Assembly (NCBI RefSeq): GCF_006345805.1
Contig: NC_043002.1
Span: forward strand, 10,416,001 to 10,480,000
DNA: 64,000 bases
Source: Octopus sinensis
Taxonomy: Eukaryota
Direction: 5' to 3'
Of this stretch, positions 16,540 to 29,975 are shown piece after piece (positions within the stretch are counted from its first letter, which is position 1; each line of letters starts with the position of its first letter). The translations under genes were made by a program, and so were the position numbers. The notes beneath the pieces are model-generated. The model had not been told where the DNA came from. It was given only the letters and a program-made list of their open reading frames with translations, and did no database searches.

Positions 16540-16705
16540 TGTGAGGGGTTAGTCGATTATACAATCCCACATGTTCGACTGGTATTTATTTCATCGACCC
16601 CGATAGGATAAAAGGCAAAGTCGGAATTTGAACTCAGATCGTGCAGACAGACGAAATACCACCATGTATTTACCCAGGGGTGTTAACGATTCTACCAAAT
16701 CGCCT
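16540..16705 (-). mobile_element. SINE group 1, decayed
   Basis: Core tcgaccccga...aaaggcaaagtcggaatttgaactcag. Confidence 0.7.
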
Positions 16706-16715
16706 CCAGTAATAA

Positions 16716-17103
16716 ATGCCTTGATGTAGCACCAGGCAGCGGCCCTTGTGGCTTTCAATCTTAACTGATTGGAAGTGTTACCGTTTTCCTTTTCCTTTTT
16801 TTGTGTGTAAAAGATGGGCTACAGCTAATATTCTGCTCTATGCCAGAGATTTACTTGACAGTTGCTTGACTTTAACCAGTGGAGCATGTCTCTTAGTGGA
16901 TGACGATATGCGTATGTGAATTTCTGTTCATGAGCAGTAGAAGGGTGGCCTCATAACCATTTCGTTGAGATGAATTACTTTGAAGTTAAAAGAATTCGGC
17001 TCTGGAAACATGGGTCTTTCGTTCATCATCTTCATACAAACTTTATTCAAGGACCCTTTGAGAGGGATGGGTTACTCGACTCGAACAAAATTCTGAGTCA
17101 CCA
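16716..17103 (+). mobile_element. Element X, diverged copy with left end, ending in (CAC)n
   Basis: Starts atgccttgatgtagcaccagg, the same start position as 1715. Confidence 0.75.
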
Positions 17104-17614
17104 CCACCACCACCACCACCACCACCACCACCAACCCCTGGTTGCAATGATGATGATGATTACTCTTGGAATCCATACACAGACAACGTATGACTACCCA
17201 CTCATTAACTACGCAATTAGCAATGCAAACGTATGTTTACAACCATATGTCATAGCATGCAATTAAAGAAAAACAAGTCTTCCATCAATAACACAATTTA
17301 AAAAAAAATTGCAGCTGTGTAAAAAAATAAATAAATAAAATAAATAAACACTTCCCACGCAAACACTTCCGGTTATTAAAGTAATGAGATGGCGTTACCA
17401 GTAAATCAGAGTCACTTGTAAAATCAGGGGAAAAAGAATATTTGAAATCTGAGCCCTAAAGAGATAATTTTTGTTCAAAATAAAAACCACTATTAAAGAC
17501 GAGCAAGAGCTGCGCATAACTCTTTGGTTTATCTACCGCTATCGGTGTCTACATGTTGCGTACGCACTGTATAACCACGCATCTCTGCAGACGCTTAATG
17601 CATTTTCTACTTCT

Positions 17615-17996
17615 GGAGGCGCAATGGCCCAGTGGTTAGGGTAGCGGACTCGCGGTCATAGGATCGCGGTTTCGATTCCCAGACCGGGCGTTGTGAGTGT
17701 TTATTGAGCGAAAACACCTAAAGCTCCACGAGTCTCCGGCAGGGGATGGTGGTGATCCCTGATGTACTCTTTCGCCACAACTTTCTCTCACTCTTACTTC
17801 CTGTTTCTGTTGTACCTGTATTTCAAAGGACCGGCCTTGTCACTCTCTGTGTCACGCTGAATATCCCCGAGAACTACGTTTAGGGTGTACGTGTCTGTGG
17901 AGTGCTCAGCCACTTACACGTTAATTTCACGAGCAGGCTGTTCCGTTGATTCGGATCAACTGGAACCCTCGTCGTCGTAACCGACGGAGTGCTTCC
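17615..17996 (+). mobile_element. SINE group 2 (tRNA-like head; probably octopus OR-type)
   Basis: Head ggaggcgcaatggcccagtggttagg (A box) ... ggtttcgattccc (B box); tail gtcgtcgtaaccgacggagtgcttcc. Confidence 0.9.
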
Positions 17997-18013
17997 CTTA
18001 GCTTTCTAATGTA

Positions 18014-18368
18014 TACTTTACTTTACTTTTACTTTTACTTGTTTCAGTCATTTGACTGCGGCCATGCTGGAGCACCGCCTTTAATCGAGCAACTCGACCC
18101 CGGTACTTATTCTTTTGTAAGCCCAGTACTTATTCTATCGGTCTCTTTTTGCCGAACCGCTAAGTGACGGGGACATAAACTCACCAGCATGGGTTGTCAA
18201 GCAATGCTAGGGGGACAAATACAGACACACAAACATACATGCACACACATATATACATATATACGACGATCTTTGTTCAGTTTCCGTCTACCAAATCCAC
18301 TCACAAGGCTTTGGTTGGCCCGAGGCTATAGTGGAAGACACTTGACCAAGGTGCCACGCAGTGAGACT
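18014..18368 (-). mobile_element. SINE group 3, head truncated
   Basis: Homology to 12916-13396. Confidence 0.85.
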
Positions 18369-18530
18369 ATACGTGTTTATCGCCCATCTCTACACTCTCA
18401 ATATTGCCTTAGTAAATGAGAGGATAGAAAATAGCCAAGTCAGCTTAAACGTCAGTTAATAGGTCTAATTGTGCGAGGTAGAGGAATTTCGATGCGTATT
18501 TGTTTTAATGTATATATTCAAAAGTTATCG

Positions 18531-18763
18531 GAAGGCGGCGAGCTGGCAGAAACGTTAGCACGCCGGGCGAAATGCGTAGCAATATTTCGTCTGCCGTTAC
18601 GTTCCGAGTTCAAATTCCGCCGAGGTCGACTTTGCCTTTCATCCTTTCGGGGTCGATAAATTAAGTACCAGTTACGCACTGGGGTCGATGTAATCGACTT
18701 GATCCGTTTGTCTGTCCTTGTTTGTCCCCTCCGTGTTTAGCTCCTTGTGGGTAGTAAAGAAAG
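18531..18763 (+). mobile_element. SINE group 1, full length
   Basis: 17-bp TSD atattcaaaagttatcg at 18514-18530 and 18764-18780. Confidence 0.92.
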
Positions 18764-18959
18764 ATATTCAAAAGTTATCGCGGTAGATAATATGAAATTT
18801 ACCGAATTTGCAAGAAATAAAAATAAGCAAATGAAAATATATTATTTGATTGTGAAATCTAGTTATTAGATTGTTACTTTCACTTTTATTATCGTGCCCG
18901 TTTGCACCCCTAGATATGGCTAAAGCGCCATCTATGTATAGACCAACATGAACCGACAG

Positions 18960-19440
18960 GAACTCTTTTGTTAAGTGCCCAGTATATATAATCCTGTCAT
19001 GTGGTAGGTATCCGCGCTGTCAAACACTCTCAACTCCACGTCGAAAGACTCTACTGGTTCGGGTTGTTTGACTCAGGCTCGACATTTGTTGAACATCAGG
19101 CTTTCCTTGGCGTGTGCTATTCTATATTCATATCACTAACATCAGTAAATTCCATAGCGAACACAAGCACCCTATCTAGTATCCCTTCTGATATAGAAGA
19201 CATCACAATATCGATTTGGGTAAACTTCATTGGTATTACGCCATCAGAAAAGATTGGTTGCTCTACATGTGCCATCGTTGATCTATCTCAAATTACGCTT
19301 ACTCTCCAGCCCAATTTCAGATTTAGCTGGGTTAATCAGTCGGAACTTAGGGTTTAAGACGAAGTTCCGTTTGTAATTTTTGATGGCAGTAGAATTATTT
19401 CTCTACGCTAAAGTTTCCACCCGGTCGGCTAAACCTACAT
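18960..19440 (-). pseudogene. Penelope-like RT fragment, Naiad-like
   Basis: Minus-strand manual translation: NPKFRLINPAKSEIG, WRNT, ISEGILDRVLVFA, HAKESLMFN, FDVE..FDSAD..TGLYILG. Confidence 0.7.
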
Positions 19441-19547
19441 TCCTGGCGAATTATTTGGTTTCGTTGTTAATGTTATTGTATGTGCGTGAGGAAGATCACC
19501 TATAATTTTGCCTGATGTTATTCTCTAGCAGCTTATCCTACGTGTGT

Positions 19548-19928
19548 GGAGGCGCAATGACCCAGTGGTTAGGGCAGCGGACTCGCGGTCGTAGGATCGC
19601 GGTTTCGATTCCCAGACCGGGCGTTGTGAGTGTTTATTGAGCGAAACACCTAAAGCTCCACGAGGCTCCGGCAGGGGATGGTGGTGATCCCTGCTGTACT
19701 CTTTCACCACAACTTTCTCTCACTCTTACTTCCTGTTTCTGTTGTACCTGTATTTCAAAGGGCCGGCCTTGTCACTCTCTGTGTCACGCTGAATATCCCC
19801 GAGAACTACGTTAAGGGTACACGTGTCTGTGGAGTGCTCAGCCACTTACAAGTTAATTTCACGAGCAGGCTGTTCCGTTGATTCGGATCAACCGGAACCC
19901 TCGTCGTCGTAACCGACGGAGTGCTTCC
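19548..19928 (+). mobile_element. SINE group 2
   Basis: Near-identical to 17615-17996. Confidence 0.9.
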
Positions 19929-20014
19929 ACTCTATATAGCTTCTGTTTTTATCGTCTGCACTCCATAAACATGGTGACATGCTGTAAAGTCCTATCTGAA
20001 TGTTTAAGAAGACG

Positions 20015-20236
20015 TACGACGCGTGCTGAAAAAGTTCCTTGTTTTAAGTAAAAAGAAAATACAAAGAAATCAGTCAATTATGATTTTATCCAGCATTTTC
20101 CCCCTCTCAGGTTCACAGACTTATTGCAGCGGTCCTTCTTATTCTAAGCCCTGAAAATGAACTCGGAAGATTGGGCCTCCAGCCAGATATTTCTCGATAC
20201 CCTTAAAGTTAGGAATTTATTCAGCTCCCCCTCGTA
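20015..20236. mobile_element. Mariner-type MITE
   Basis: Imperfect TIRs tacgacgcgtgctgaaaaagttcct...ttaag / cttaaagttaggaatttattcagctccccctcgta; TA at both ends. Confidence 0.75.
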
Positions 20237-20672
20237 TATTGGAGGAAATCTTGCACCGGAAAGGTTTGTTGGGCTTACGAAATCTCAGCATTCATTTCGA
20301 AAAATATTTCTCATTTTAGGTCTTTCTCACCACTAAGCTGACCAAGGCAGTATTTTTACTTTCATTAGTAAAGAGTTTCTGTCCCACTGGCCAGCAGGTC
20401 TGATGAGTCACCTACATTGCCGAATGTAATAATAAATATGAAACCAATGGAAACTTTCTGACCGGCCATAACCAACGATTGCATGAAATATTTCTGCTCA
20501 AAATTTTAGTCTGCTTTTTTCGGATTTAGGTTAAAACTAACCGATATAACACATACATACATAAAGTGTCCGTTTGTCTGTGTTCCATCCTATCTCTCTA
20601 CCTGCAGATCGAACATTTTGCAATCGTTCCCTGGTTGTCAAAAAAAAAATACTTCTTGATGTGGCTATTAAG

Positions 20673-21203
20673 TACCTTAAATCCTCGAGTATAATCCGCC
20701 ATTGAGTATAATACGCAGGGGATTTTTAGGGGGGGGGCTGTACCTTTGAAAAACCTAAACATTCTGCATAATACGCACCCCTTCTCTAACTTGAGGCATG
20801 CGTAATTAAACCAACAGCACTTAGTCGAACAAACACTTCCGCGCATACGTAATACAATAATGGTGATGTTCTTAACTGTTATATGGGAATGTAAATATGT
20901 TTTCAAATTGTTTTTGTTACATGTTATTCTGTGTTCTGAATACTTTTTATTTTAATAAATGTTGCTTACTGCAAGTTATGGATGATTCTTTTATGACTTC
21001 ATTGCTTTCAGGCTTAGCTTAAGGTATTTTCACGCCAGACATCACAAAATGCTTCTAAATAAACATTGCAGGACAGCAAATAGAGACTCGGATATTGCTT
21101 AGAAAATATTTTTCATTTTGAACCTCGGATATAGTACGCACTAGGGATTTTGACCTTTAAATTTTGGGAAAAAAATGCGGATTATACTCGAGCATTTACG
21201 GTA
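20673..21203. mobile_element. Tc1/mariner-superfamily (pogo/Tc2-like) MITE
   Basis: TIRs taccttaaatcctcgagtataatccgc / gcggattatactcgagcatttacggta; TA ends. Confidence 0.8.
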
Positions 21204-22721
21204 GTTAGATGTTAACCGGTCTTTGTATTATGAAGTGTCGTTTCTTTCGTTTGTTAAACGCTAAGTGTAACAGCACACAGACATACGCCCACTTGTTATT
21301 ACATATTAGCTAATTCTAGTTTATTCTTCAACAAGAATTCGGTCTTGCACAATTACCCAATGATTCGCCCTTCACTAATCGATAGTTTCAGTAAAGTCAA
21401 GTCTTTCCTTCAGTATAGATTATAATATGCTCGCACTTTTCTCAGGTAACCTCTATAACAATTAAAATAAACATAACTTAGTAATCTTTCATTATTTTCT
21501 CGACGCATAATTTTTTGTCAGGTTAAGTTTTTAATACCACTTACTTAAGATTTATTAGCAATAACGAAGTTGTTGTTTTATTGCCAGTTTACCTCTGACA
21601 TTATGTCATTTAAGTCTGTGTGACATTTGTTGCAGAATATTTTATCGTAACAAAACTACTGGTGTTAATGGTGTTTTATGTTAGAATCGTTTATGTGTGA
21701 GGGAGGTATTTTGGGTGAAATTGCTATTTCTCCAGGTAACAAGTATATTTCAAATTACGTGACAAAAATTCAATTAGCAACCTTAGGACAATTTGTTTTT
21801 TTCTATGCATTGAATATTATTTTTTTTATTTCTTCTGTTTTTATGTATTCAGAACTAATGAATTAAATTTTGATTGCATGAAACTGTATCATCCATCACT
21901 AATTATGTTGGTCCACTAGATTCATCATGACGTATTACCAAAAGATATATGTAGTAACACATACATACACGCACACAACAACGCACACTTGCAGTCATAC
22001 ATACCAACACTTATTCAACAAAGTCGGCTACACCACACGCACGCGTATGTACTGTGCACGCACGCACACATACACAGTAACGCACAAACAGAAGTAAACA
22101 CTCACACATTAACTTACACACATACGAACATGTACACTCACTCACAGAACGGACTCAACCACACACGTACGCACACATACACACTAACTATATTCTCTCC
22201 TTCTTCTCCCGAAATATTTATCTACACTCATAAATCTTAAGGGATGACAAGCAAACCCCAGCAAATCTGAGACCAAAATGACTATCAGCAAAACTCTAAA
22301 CCCATAGAGACGCCACGGATGGCAAATGCACACAAACTTAGAAGCACATAAACATACATGCAGGTAGGCACGCGAGTGTATTACCCAACCATACACACAC
22401 GCACGAGCCCACTCGCACACAAATATTCTTCATTTAGTGTGACCTTTCACTTCTCTTGGAAGCAACAGCACATCTACATACACACATACAACCATACATA
22501 CACACAAGCATAAGACTAATTCTGAGACAGACTTAAGAGTGACATTGAAGAGGGAGGTCAATTGACTGATGAGGTTACGAATAGCAAGGAAAAAGTTTCT
22601 TTTTGTTTTCTACAATTTCTGTCGTGGAGCGTGTTGTGCTTTTTTTCAGTTTTAGTCTTAGTGCTTTGGTCTCTTCACCTTTCAAATCTTATTGGTATTG
22701 GAGAATACTTCGGGCTCTCCA

Positions 22722-22948
22722 ATACTCTTTTACTCTTTTACTTGTTTCAGTCATTTGATTGTGGCCATGCTGGAGCACCGCCTTTAGTCGAGCAAATCGA
22801 CCCCAGGACTTATTCATTGTAAGCCCAGTACTTATTCTATCGGTCTCTTTTGCCGAACTGCTAAGTTACAGGGACGTAAACACACCAGCATCGGTTGTCA
22901 AGCAATGCTAGGCGGACAAACACAGACACACAAACATATACACACACA

Positions 22949-23008
<60 letters not shown>

Positions 23009-23174
23009 TACGACAGGCTTCTTTCAGTTTCCGTCTACCAAATACACTCACAAGGCATTGGTCGGCCCGGGGCAATAGCAGAAGACACTTGCCCAAGATG
23101 CCACGCAGTGGGACTGAACCCGGAACCATGTGGCTGGTTAGCAAGCTACTTATCACACAGCCACTCCTGCGCCT
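22722..23174 (-). mobile_element. SINE group 3, full length
   Basis: Homology; internal (TA)n. Confidence 0.88.
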
Positions 23175-24125
23175 ATATATATGTTTTTACAGAAAAGGAT
23201 CTAATTTTTGGTTGGTTATCACTTTGATGACGTCTTATTCTTTTCTCGTGTATGTTTTGGTGAATAAATATTTTTGTTTTGGCAAACTTTATTGTTTTGG
23301 TTGGTTGGCTTCATGGTGACGACCACGGTCAAGGAACAAGTTCTTATTGGTTGTAAGATTCGTGACGTTATTTTATTTTGATAAAAAATATTTTCACTTT
23401 CGGACAACATTTTTTTTTTTGAGAAATATTCAGTGTTCTGCTTGGTTGACCTCCTTGTAGGGACTCGGTAATTCGTTTTTGCCTGAAGGTCATCTACCGT
23501 TCCGGTTGTTTGGTTTCCTTAACAAGGCACTGTCTGTTTTTCTTTATTTTTTCACCTTCTCAAACACCAATTGCTGACGTCACCTCAGATAAAATCAATA
23601 AAATTTTCCTTCTGTCCGGTTAGGCCTCGGACCCCCAGAAAGAAATGACCCAGAAAGAATCTGATTCAACAAGAATTTCGCTGACATCTGACGTTTTAAT
23701 GTTTCTTCCGCCCTCTTCCGCTTCCTCTCTTTCTTGTTTATATGTGTAAGCATATTTCTCTGTGTGTATGGGAAAATGTTCATGTCAATCGTGTTCAATC
23801 ATTACATTCTAATATCTCTTACCCTGCTTTGTCTCTCTCAGTCTCTTTCACTTCATGACTATCGCTGATTCTCTGTTTATGTGTGCCATGATATTTCTTT
23901 TTATGAGCATGAGGAGAGGGAAACAGCTTATGTCAATCGTGCTCTATGAATAACTTATAATGTCTCTCCTCTCTCCTATCTCATTTTCTCTCTCTCTCGT
24001 TTCTCGATTTCGCTCCTCCCTCTCTCCTTTCACACTCACTTTTTGTATCTGTATCCCTATATTTCTGCATGCGAGTGCGCCTGCGTGTGTGCATGTTTGC
24101 TTCTGCGTGTGTGTGTGTGTGTGTG

Positions 24126-24174
<49 letters not shown>

Positions 24175-25667
24175 TGTGCGTACGTCTGCTTCCAACATCA
24201 AAAAGTATTGTCGCTCAGACAGGTTGAATATTCAGTCAACTGCGTCAAATCGTTTCATTCATCGCGGCTTATGCGAATCTTTCACGGGGCATCCAAAAAA
24301 TGAACCTATGTGTGCTTTCTAAAAAGTATATGATGAACGACCTTTTTATTGTACCAACTTACCGATCGATGCCTCCTGCAGCATTTTCCTGACTACGAAA
24401 GAGCAGCGTCTCCCTCAACCATATCTGATATCAAGGGTGTGTCTCCACTATAATATGCCTTTATTACTATGGAGACTGGGTATTTGCAATTCATTGATTT
24501 TCTATTGGTCACGCAATGATATTTGCTGCGATTTATCGTAGTATACAGGACAAAAATCAAGACAGAATATGTATAAGAAAGGTGTAATAATGCCTCTTGG
24601 TAACAACCACAGAAATGTCGAAAATTTCTGTATCTTTGTCAAGTGAATACACTTCAGCTAGAGTATTCTTTTGAACATCATTATGAAATCTATTAATACG
24701 TGAGGGATTCCATAGGCAAGCACTGAACCACTAGTCGTGCGTTCCAAACATGCTCATCCACATCTAGTCATTTCTAGGAAGCATATTCTAGTCATCACCT
24801 CTAAATAATGTCAATGATACTTATCTGTATCGAACCATTGATCTTTCTTTTATAACTTCTTTCTTTCATGTTGATTTTAATTCCTGTCACATCTCCCGTT
24901 TTATTCTATTCAAAACAATTTCCAACACTGAACATTTATGCATCTTATACAATTTCAAATGATTTATTTCTATTGTAAGCATTTACTTATTCAAGTATTT
25001 ATTTATTCAGATTGCATGATAATTCGTATATAAATTCGATATAAACTCCAGTGTACTATTAGTGCTGAGAAATTATTTCTGTATCTCAATGCTATTCAAT
25101 ACAGTTAAAATCAAATCAATATGTATTCCATTGTATACAAATACAAAAGACTGCTGTATCACAATTTGAAATAATTAAAATGACTACAAGCGAAGCGATA
25201 GATACAGGATATAAGATACGAATACTCTAACTATAGCTACAAATATGAAGCCATAAATACATGTATGACGCGATTATGAACTGAGTTATAATCAAAAATT
25301 TATGTTTTTACACATGTGTAGTCAAATCTACGACAGAGAATTATAGTGAACTGTGAGAGTCCAGCCTGCTAATTAAGAATTATTGTTATAGTTTTGAATA
25401 CACTGGAGATATGTACACCAAGTCGTAGAGAGGAAGCAAGGCGGTAGTTTGTGGCTAAACGGGTTAAGTGATTATTGGTTACAGTAGCGATTCAATCAAT
25501 CAATTATTTTTGTCAAACAGTGAGTTACGATTATACCGGGTCACAGCGCAAGTCGTGTGAATCTCTTTCATTTAACGTATTTGCATACAAGCAATGCTTA
25601 TGCAAATATTATTTTATATTCAAACTTATTCCGACGATACGCACAAACGCATACACACACACATCTA

Positions 25668-25980
25668 CTCTCTCTTTCTCTCTTTACTCTTTTACTTGTT
25701 TCAGACATTTGGCTGCGGCCATGCTGGAGCACCGCCTTTAGTCGAGCAAATCGACCCCTGGACTTACTGTTTGTAAGCCTAGTACTTATTCTATCGGTCT
25801 CTTTTGCCGAACTGCTAAGTTACGTGGACGTAAACACACCAGCATCCGTTGTCAAGCGATGTTGGTGGGGGACAAACAGACACGCAAACATATACACACA
25901 CATACATACATAAATACATACATACATACATTCATACATACATACATACATGCATACATACATACATACATATATAATAT

Positions 25981-26031
<51 letters not shown>

Positions 26032-26194
26032 TATTATATATATATATGTATGTATACGACGGGCTTTTTTCAGTTTCCGTCTACCAAATCCACTTACAAG
26101 CCTTTGGTCGTCCCGAGGCTAAAGTAGAAGGCACTCGTCCAAGGTGCCACGCAGTGAGACTGAACCCAGAACCATGTGGTTGGTAAGCAAGCTA
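25668..26194 (-). mobile_element. SINE group 3
   Basis: Homology; expanded internal (CATA)n(TA)n. Confidence 0.85.
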
Positions 26195-26338
26195 CTTACC
26201 ACACCTATATGTATGTTTGTATGTAAGTATGTATGTATGTGTTCATATATGTATGTATGTATGTATGTATGTGTGTAGGTATGTATGCATGTATGTGTGT
26301 GTGTGTATGGATAGAGAGATAGATAGACAGATGGATAT

Positions 26339-26499
26339 AGGCGCAGAGTGGTTGTACGGTAAGTAGCTTGCTTACCAACCACATTGTTCCGGGTTCAGTC
26401 CCACTGCGTGGCACCCTAGGCAAGTGTCTTCTATATAGCTTCGGGCCGACCAAAGCCTTAAGAGTGGATGTGGTACACAGAAATTGAAAGAAGCCCCTC

Positions 26500-26553
<54 letters not shown>

Positions 26554-26850
26554 TTACATATATACATATATGCATGTATGTGTATGTATATGTTTGTGTG
26601 TCTGTGTTTGTCCCCGCAGCATCACTGAAACAAGTAAAAGACTAAAACAATAAAGAATATATATATATATATACATATATGCATGTATGTGTGTGTGTGT
26701 GTGTGTTGTGTGTGTGTGTGTGTGTGTGTGTGTATTTGTGTATCTGTGTTTGTTCAATCACTATCACTTGACAACCGATGTCGGTGTGCTTACGTTCCGT
26801 AACATAGCAGCTCAGTAAGGGAGACCGATAAAATAAGTAGCAACTAAAGA
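26339..26850 (+). mobile_element. SINE group 3 copy with internal deletion plus a further partial body
   Basis: Head aggcgcagagtggttgtacggtaagtagc; head-to-head with the 25668-26194 copy. Confidence 0.75.
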
Positions 26851-26855
26851 CGGTT

Positions 26856-27060
26856 CAACTAAAGACTCATGGCCTCAGTCAAATACACTCTCTACATATC
26901 AACATATACCGCAAGATCGTCAACAGAAACAGCATGGCCTCAGTCAATTACACTCTCTACATAAACATATACCGCAAGATCGTCAACTAAAGACAGCATG
27001 GCCTCAGTCAAATACACTCTCTACATATCAACATATACCGCAAGATCGTCAACAGAAACA
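26856..27060 (+). repeat. Three tandem copies of a 64-65 bp unit
   Basis: Units start 26868, 26933, 26997 (catggcctcagtcaa...gatcgtcaac). Confidence 0.92.
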
Positions 27061-27590
27061 CTGTTAATGTTAGCTGTATTTGCCTCCCCAATATATGGTG
27101 AATAATACTTAATCACAATAAACATAAAATTAATCATCAGAAACATCCCCGAAAGATAATGCAACTGTAGATGCCCAAAACGCTGCCCACTAAACAACAA
27201 CTGTCTCGTATACAAAGCCAAGGTCACGGACTCGTTGAAGGAAAGGTATTCACATCTGGCGTCATTCAAAGACCAAAAGAAAAAGAACTTGCAACATCCT
27301 TGTCAAATATGATATGGATATTGAAAGAAGATGGATTAAACAAGCCCTAGATATAATGTAAAATTATTGCTAAAGCCAAAAATCAGAGGACGGAGCACCA
27401 AATCTGAACTCTTTATTACTGAAAAATTAAACATAATACAATGAACAGTTAACATCTTAAACATTAGGGATGAAATCTTCTCTCCCGGCAAACACAAATA
27501 ATATTTACCACTCAAATATTTCAAAGAAGAGATTCTATGCGCGACGGTAACCCCATCAGGATAGCTCCGACTCCAAACGTGAGCACACAT
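26997..27590 (+). pseudogene. Penelope-like GIY-YIG C-terminal fragment, Naiad-like
   Basis: Manual translation VNRNTVNVSCICLPN, CNCRCPKRCPLNNNCL, VYKAKV, ATSLSNMIWILKE, KIIAKAK, TEKLNII, LNIRDEI. Confidence 0.7.
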
Positions 27591-27731
27591 AGCACACAAG
27601 CTTCACACAAAGAAATATGCCCCAGCACACACAAGTATAAAAACACAATACCGAGCATAAAACCAAAATGATGCAAACAAATTGACCACAAAAAATTTGC
27701 TCAAAAGACAAATTCAAGGGAGACAAACATC

Positions 27732-27887
27732 CGTGTGGCTGTGAGGTAAGTAGCTTGCTAACCAACCACATGGTTCCAGGTTCAGTCTCACTGCGTGGCA
27801 TCTGGGGAAAGTGTCTTCTGCTATAGCCCCGGGCCGACCAATGCCTTGTGAGTGGCTTTGGTAGACAGAAACTGAAAGAAGCCTGTC

Positions 27888-27950
<63 letters not shown>

Positions 27951-28190
27951 TGTATGTATGTATGTATGTATGTGTGTGTTTGTGTGTCTGTGTTTTAACC
28001 CCCTAGCATTGCTTGACAACCGATGCTGGTGTGTTTACGTCCCCGTCACCTAGCGGTTCGGCACTAGAGACCGATAGAATAAGTACTGGGCTTACAAAGA
28101 ATAAGTCCTGGGGTCGATTTGCTCGACTAAAGGCGTGCTCCAGCATGGCCGCAGTCAAATGACTGCAACAAGTAAAAGAGTAAAAGAGAG
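27732..28190 (+). mobile_element. SINE group 3
   Basis: Homology. Confidence 0.85.
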
Positions 28191-28486
28191 AGAGAGAGTA
28201 TCCAAAAGATGCCACTCAGGAGTAACGTCCTTTGATTCATTAATTCATTGTTTTACTCATGCAAATTTACGAGAACCCATGTGAACTACACGGGACTATG
28301 TTCCAAAATGTAGGCGAATATCTTTCTCCATGTGATTGGCTTGAAAATTTCGTAAAACACTAGGATACGTTCCTAAATTTCTTAACATGAAACCAATGAT
28401 AGCCTTAACTCACAAATAAAGAAATTATATCGACCAATGCGTTGTTAAGCTCTCATTTTCATTTGAGTATATATACACGTACGCAC

Positions 28487-28602
<116 letters not shown>

Positions 28603-29049
28603 ATAAGGGGCAGGCATGGCTGTGTGGTCAGAAGCTAGTTTTATTGTGCGATTTGGCGAGATTCGTTCCTTTTAAGCATTCAGGCTCTTTCTTGTTTCGG
28701 AATAAATTCTTATCTTCGTCACAACAACCAGAGTAATTGATTAAAAGAACATTGGACACTCTAAAACTTCCATCAAATATTTTCGTAACTATTCCTTCCA
28801 CTATTGAAAGAGTGAAGTATTTGCATGATATTACTATTGAAATAACAGCAAATATTATGAATAACTTTTGACTTCCTTTTCTTCACATTTCCTCTGATTT
28901 CGTTTGCTTTCATATGCCCAGTTGAAGCGATCAGCTAACTGGTGATCAATGTTAATTAAATTTATAGTTAACATATTTGGCAGGGCTAACTAGTAGTAAT
29001 TATGCAGTGAGGAGAATAATATGTTAGTAAATGACAATTGCTATCACAT

Positions 29050-29160
29050 TTAGAATATAAGGCAGTGAGATAGCAGAGCAAAATGCTTAGCGGCATTTCA
29101 TTCATTCCGAGTTCAAATTCTTCCGAGATCGACTTTGCCTTTCATCCTTTTGTGTTCGAT
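29050..29160 (+). mobile_element. SINE group 1, decayed 5' part
   Basis: aaatgcttagcgg...gagttcaaatt...tcgactttgcctttcatcc. Confidence 0.65.
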
Positions 29161-29588
29161 GATATAAACTGCTGGCCTTGAACCAAAATTCGGGTCCAAT
29201 ATTAGATTTAGAATAAAGTTAACCACACTGTATGTTGCTTAATTTATGTTGCCGTTAAATTTATATCACCAAATTATTATAACATGTATGTTTCTATATA
29301 CAGATATGCAAGAAGGTTAAATATCAAGAGTTTATTGTTGTTAGACTTAAATGAAAATTGTGTAATAGAAAGAGGAGACCAAATTAACTTATTAATCGCT
29401 TGCAATGGTGCTCTGAAAATTATATTTTTTTGGTAAAATTCAATGGAAGCGTTTTAACACACGAGTATGATATATACTCTATCTGATATGTAGAACAAAA
29501 CGCTAACAAAATAAGTAAGAAGTGATAAAAACATCGGTAAGTCAAAATAGGGATTAACCTGTGACATACCCAAATTGAATTGCACAAT

Positions 29589-29975
29589 AGGCCCAGAAGT
29601 GGGTGCGTGGTAAGTAGCTTGCTTACCAACCACATGGTTCCGGGTTCAGTTCCACTACGTGGCACCTTGGGAAAGTGTCTTCTACTTTAGCCTCGGGCCG
29701 ACCCAAAACTTTGTGAGTGGATTTGGTAGACGGAAACTAAAAGAAGCCCGTCGTATATATATATATGCATGTGTGTGAGTCCCCAACATCTCTTGACAAC
29801 CGATGCTATTGTGTTTACGTGTCCGTAACTTAGCGGTTCGGCAAAAAAGGACCGATAAAATGAGTACTAAGCTAAAAAGAATTAGTCCTGGGGTTGATTT
29901 GCTCAACTAAAGCTGGTGCTCCAGCATGGCCGCAGTCAAAATGACTGAAACGAGTAAAAGAGAGTAAAAGAGTAA
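29589..29975 (+). mobile_element. SINE group 3
   Basis: Homology; very short internal microsatellite. Confidence 0.85.

Noticed and set aside
17615-17690. tRNA gene
   Set aside because: tRNA-like head of a multi-copy SINE that continues into the SINE body; no proper acceptor stem seen
22565-22600. CTGATGAggttacgaatagcaagGAAA hammerhead-like string
   Set aside because: No usable helix I or III, and no NUH site in register
26856-27060. Tandem 65-bp repeats as a CRISPR-like or hammerhead/retrozyme array
   Set aside because: No unique spacers, eukaryotic context, and no complete CUGANGA plus GAAA core on either strand
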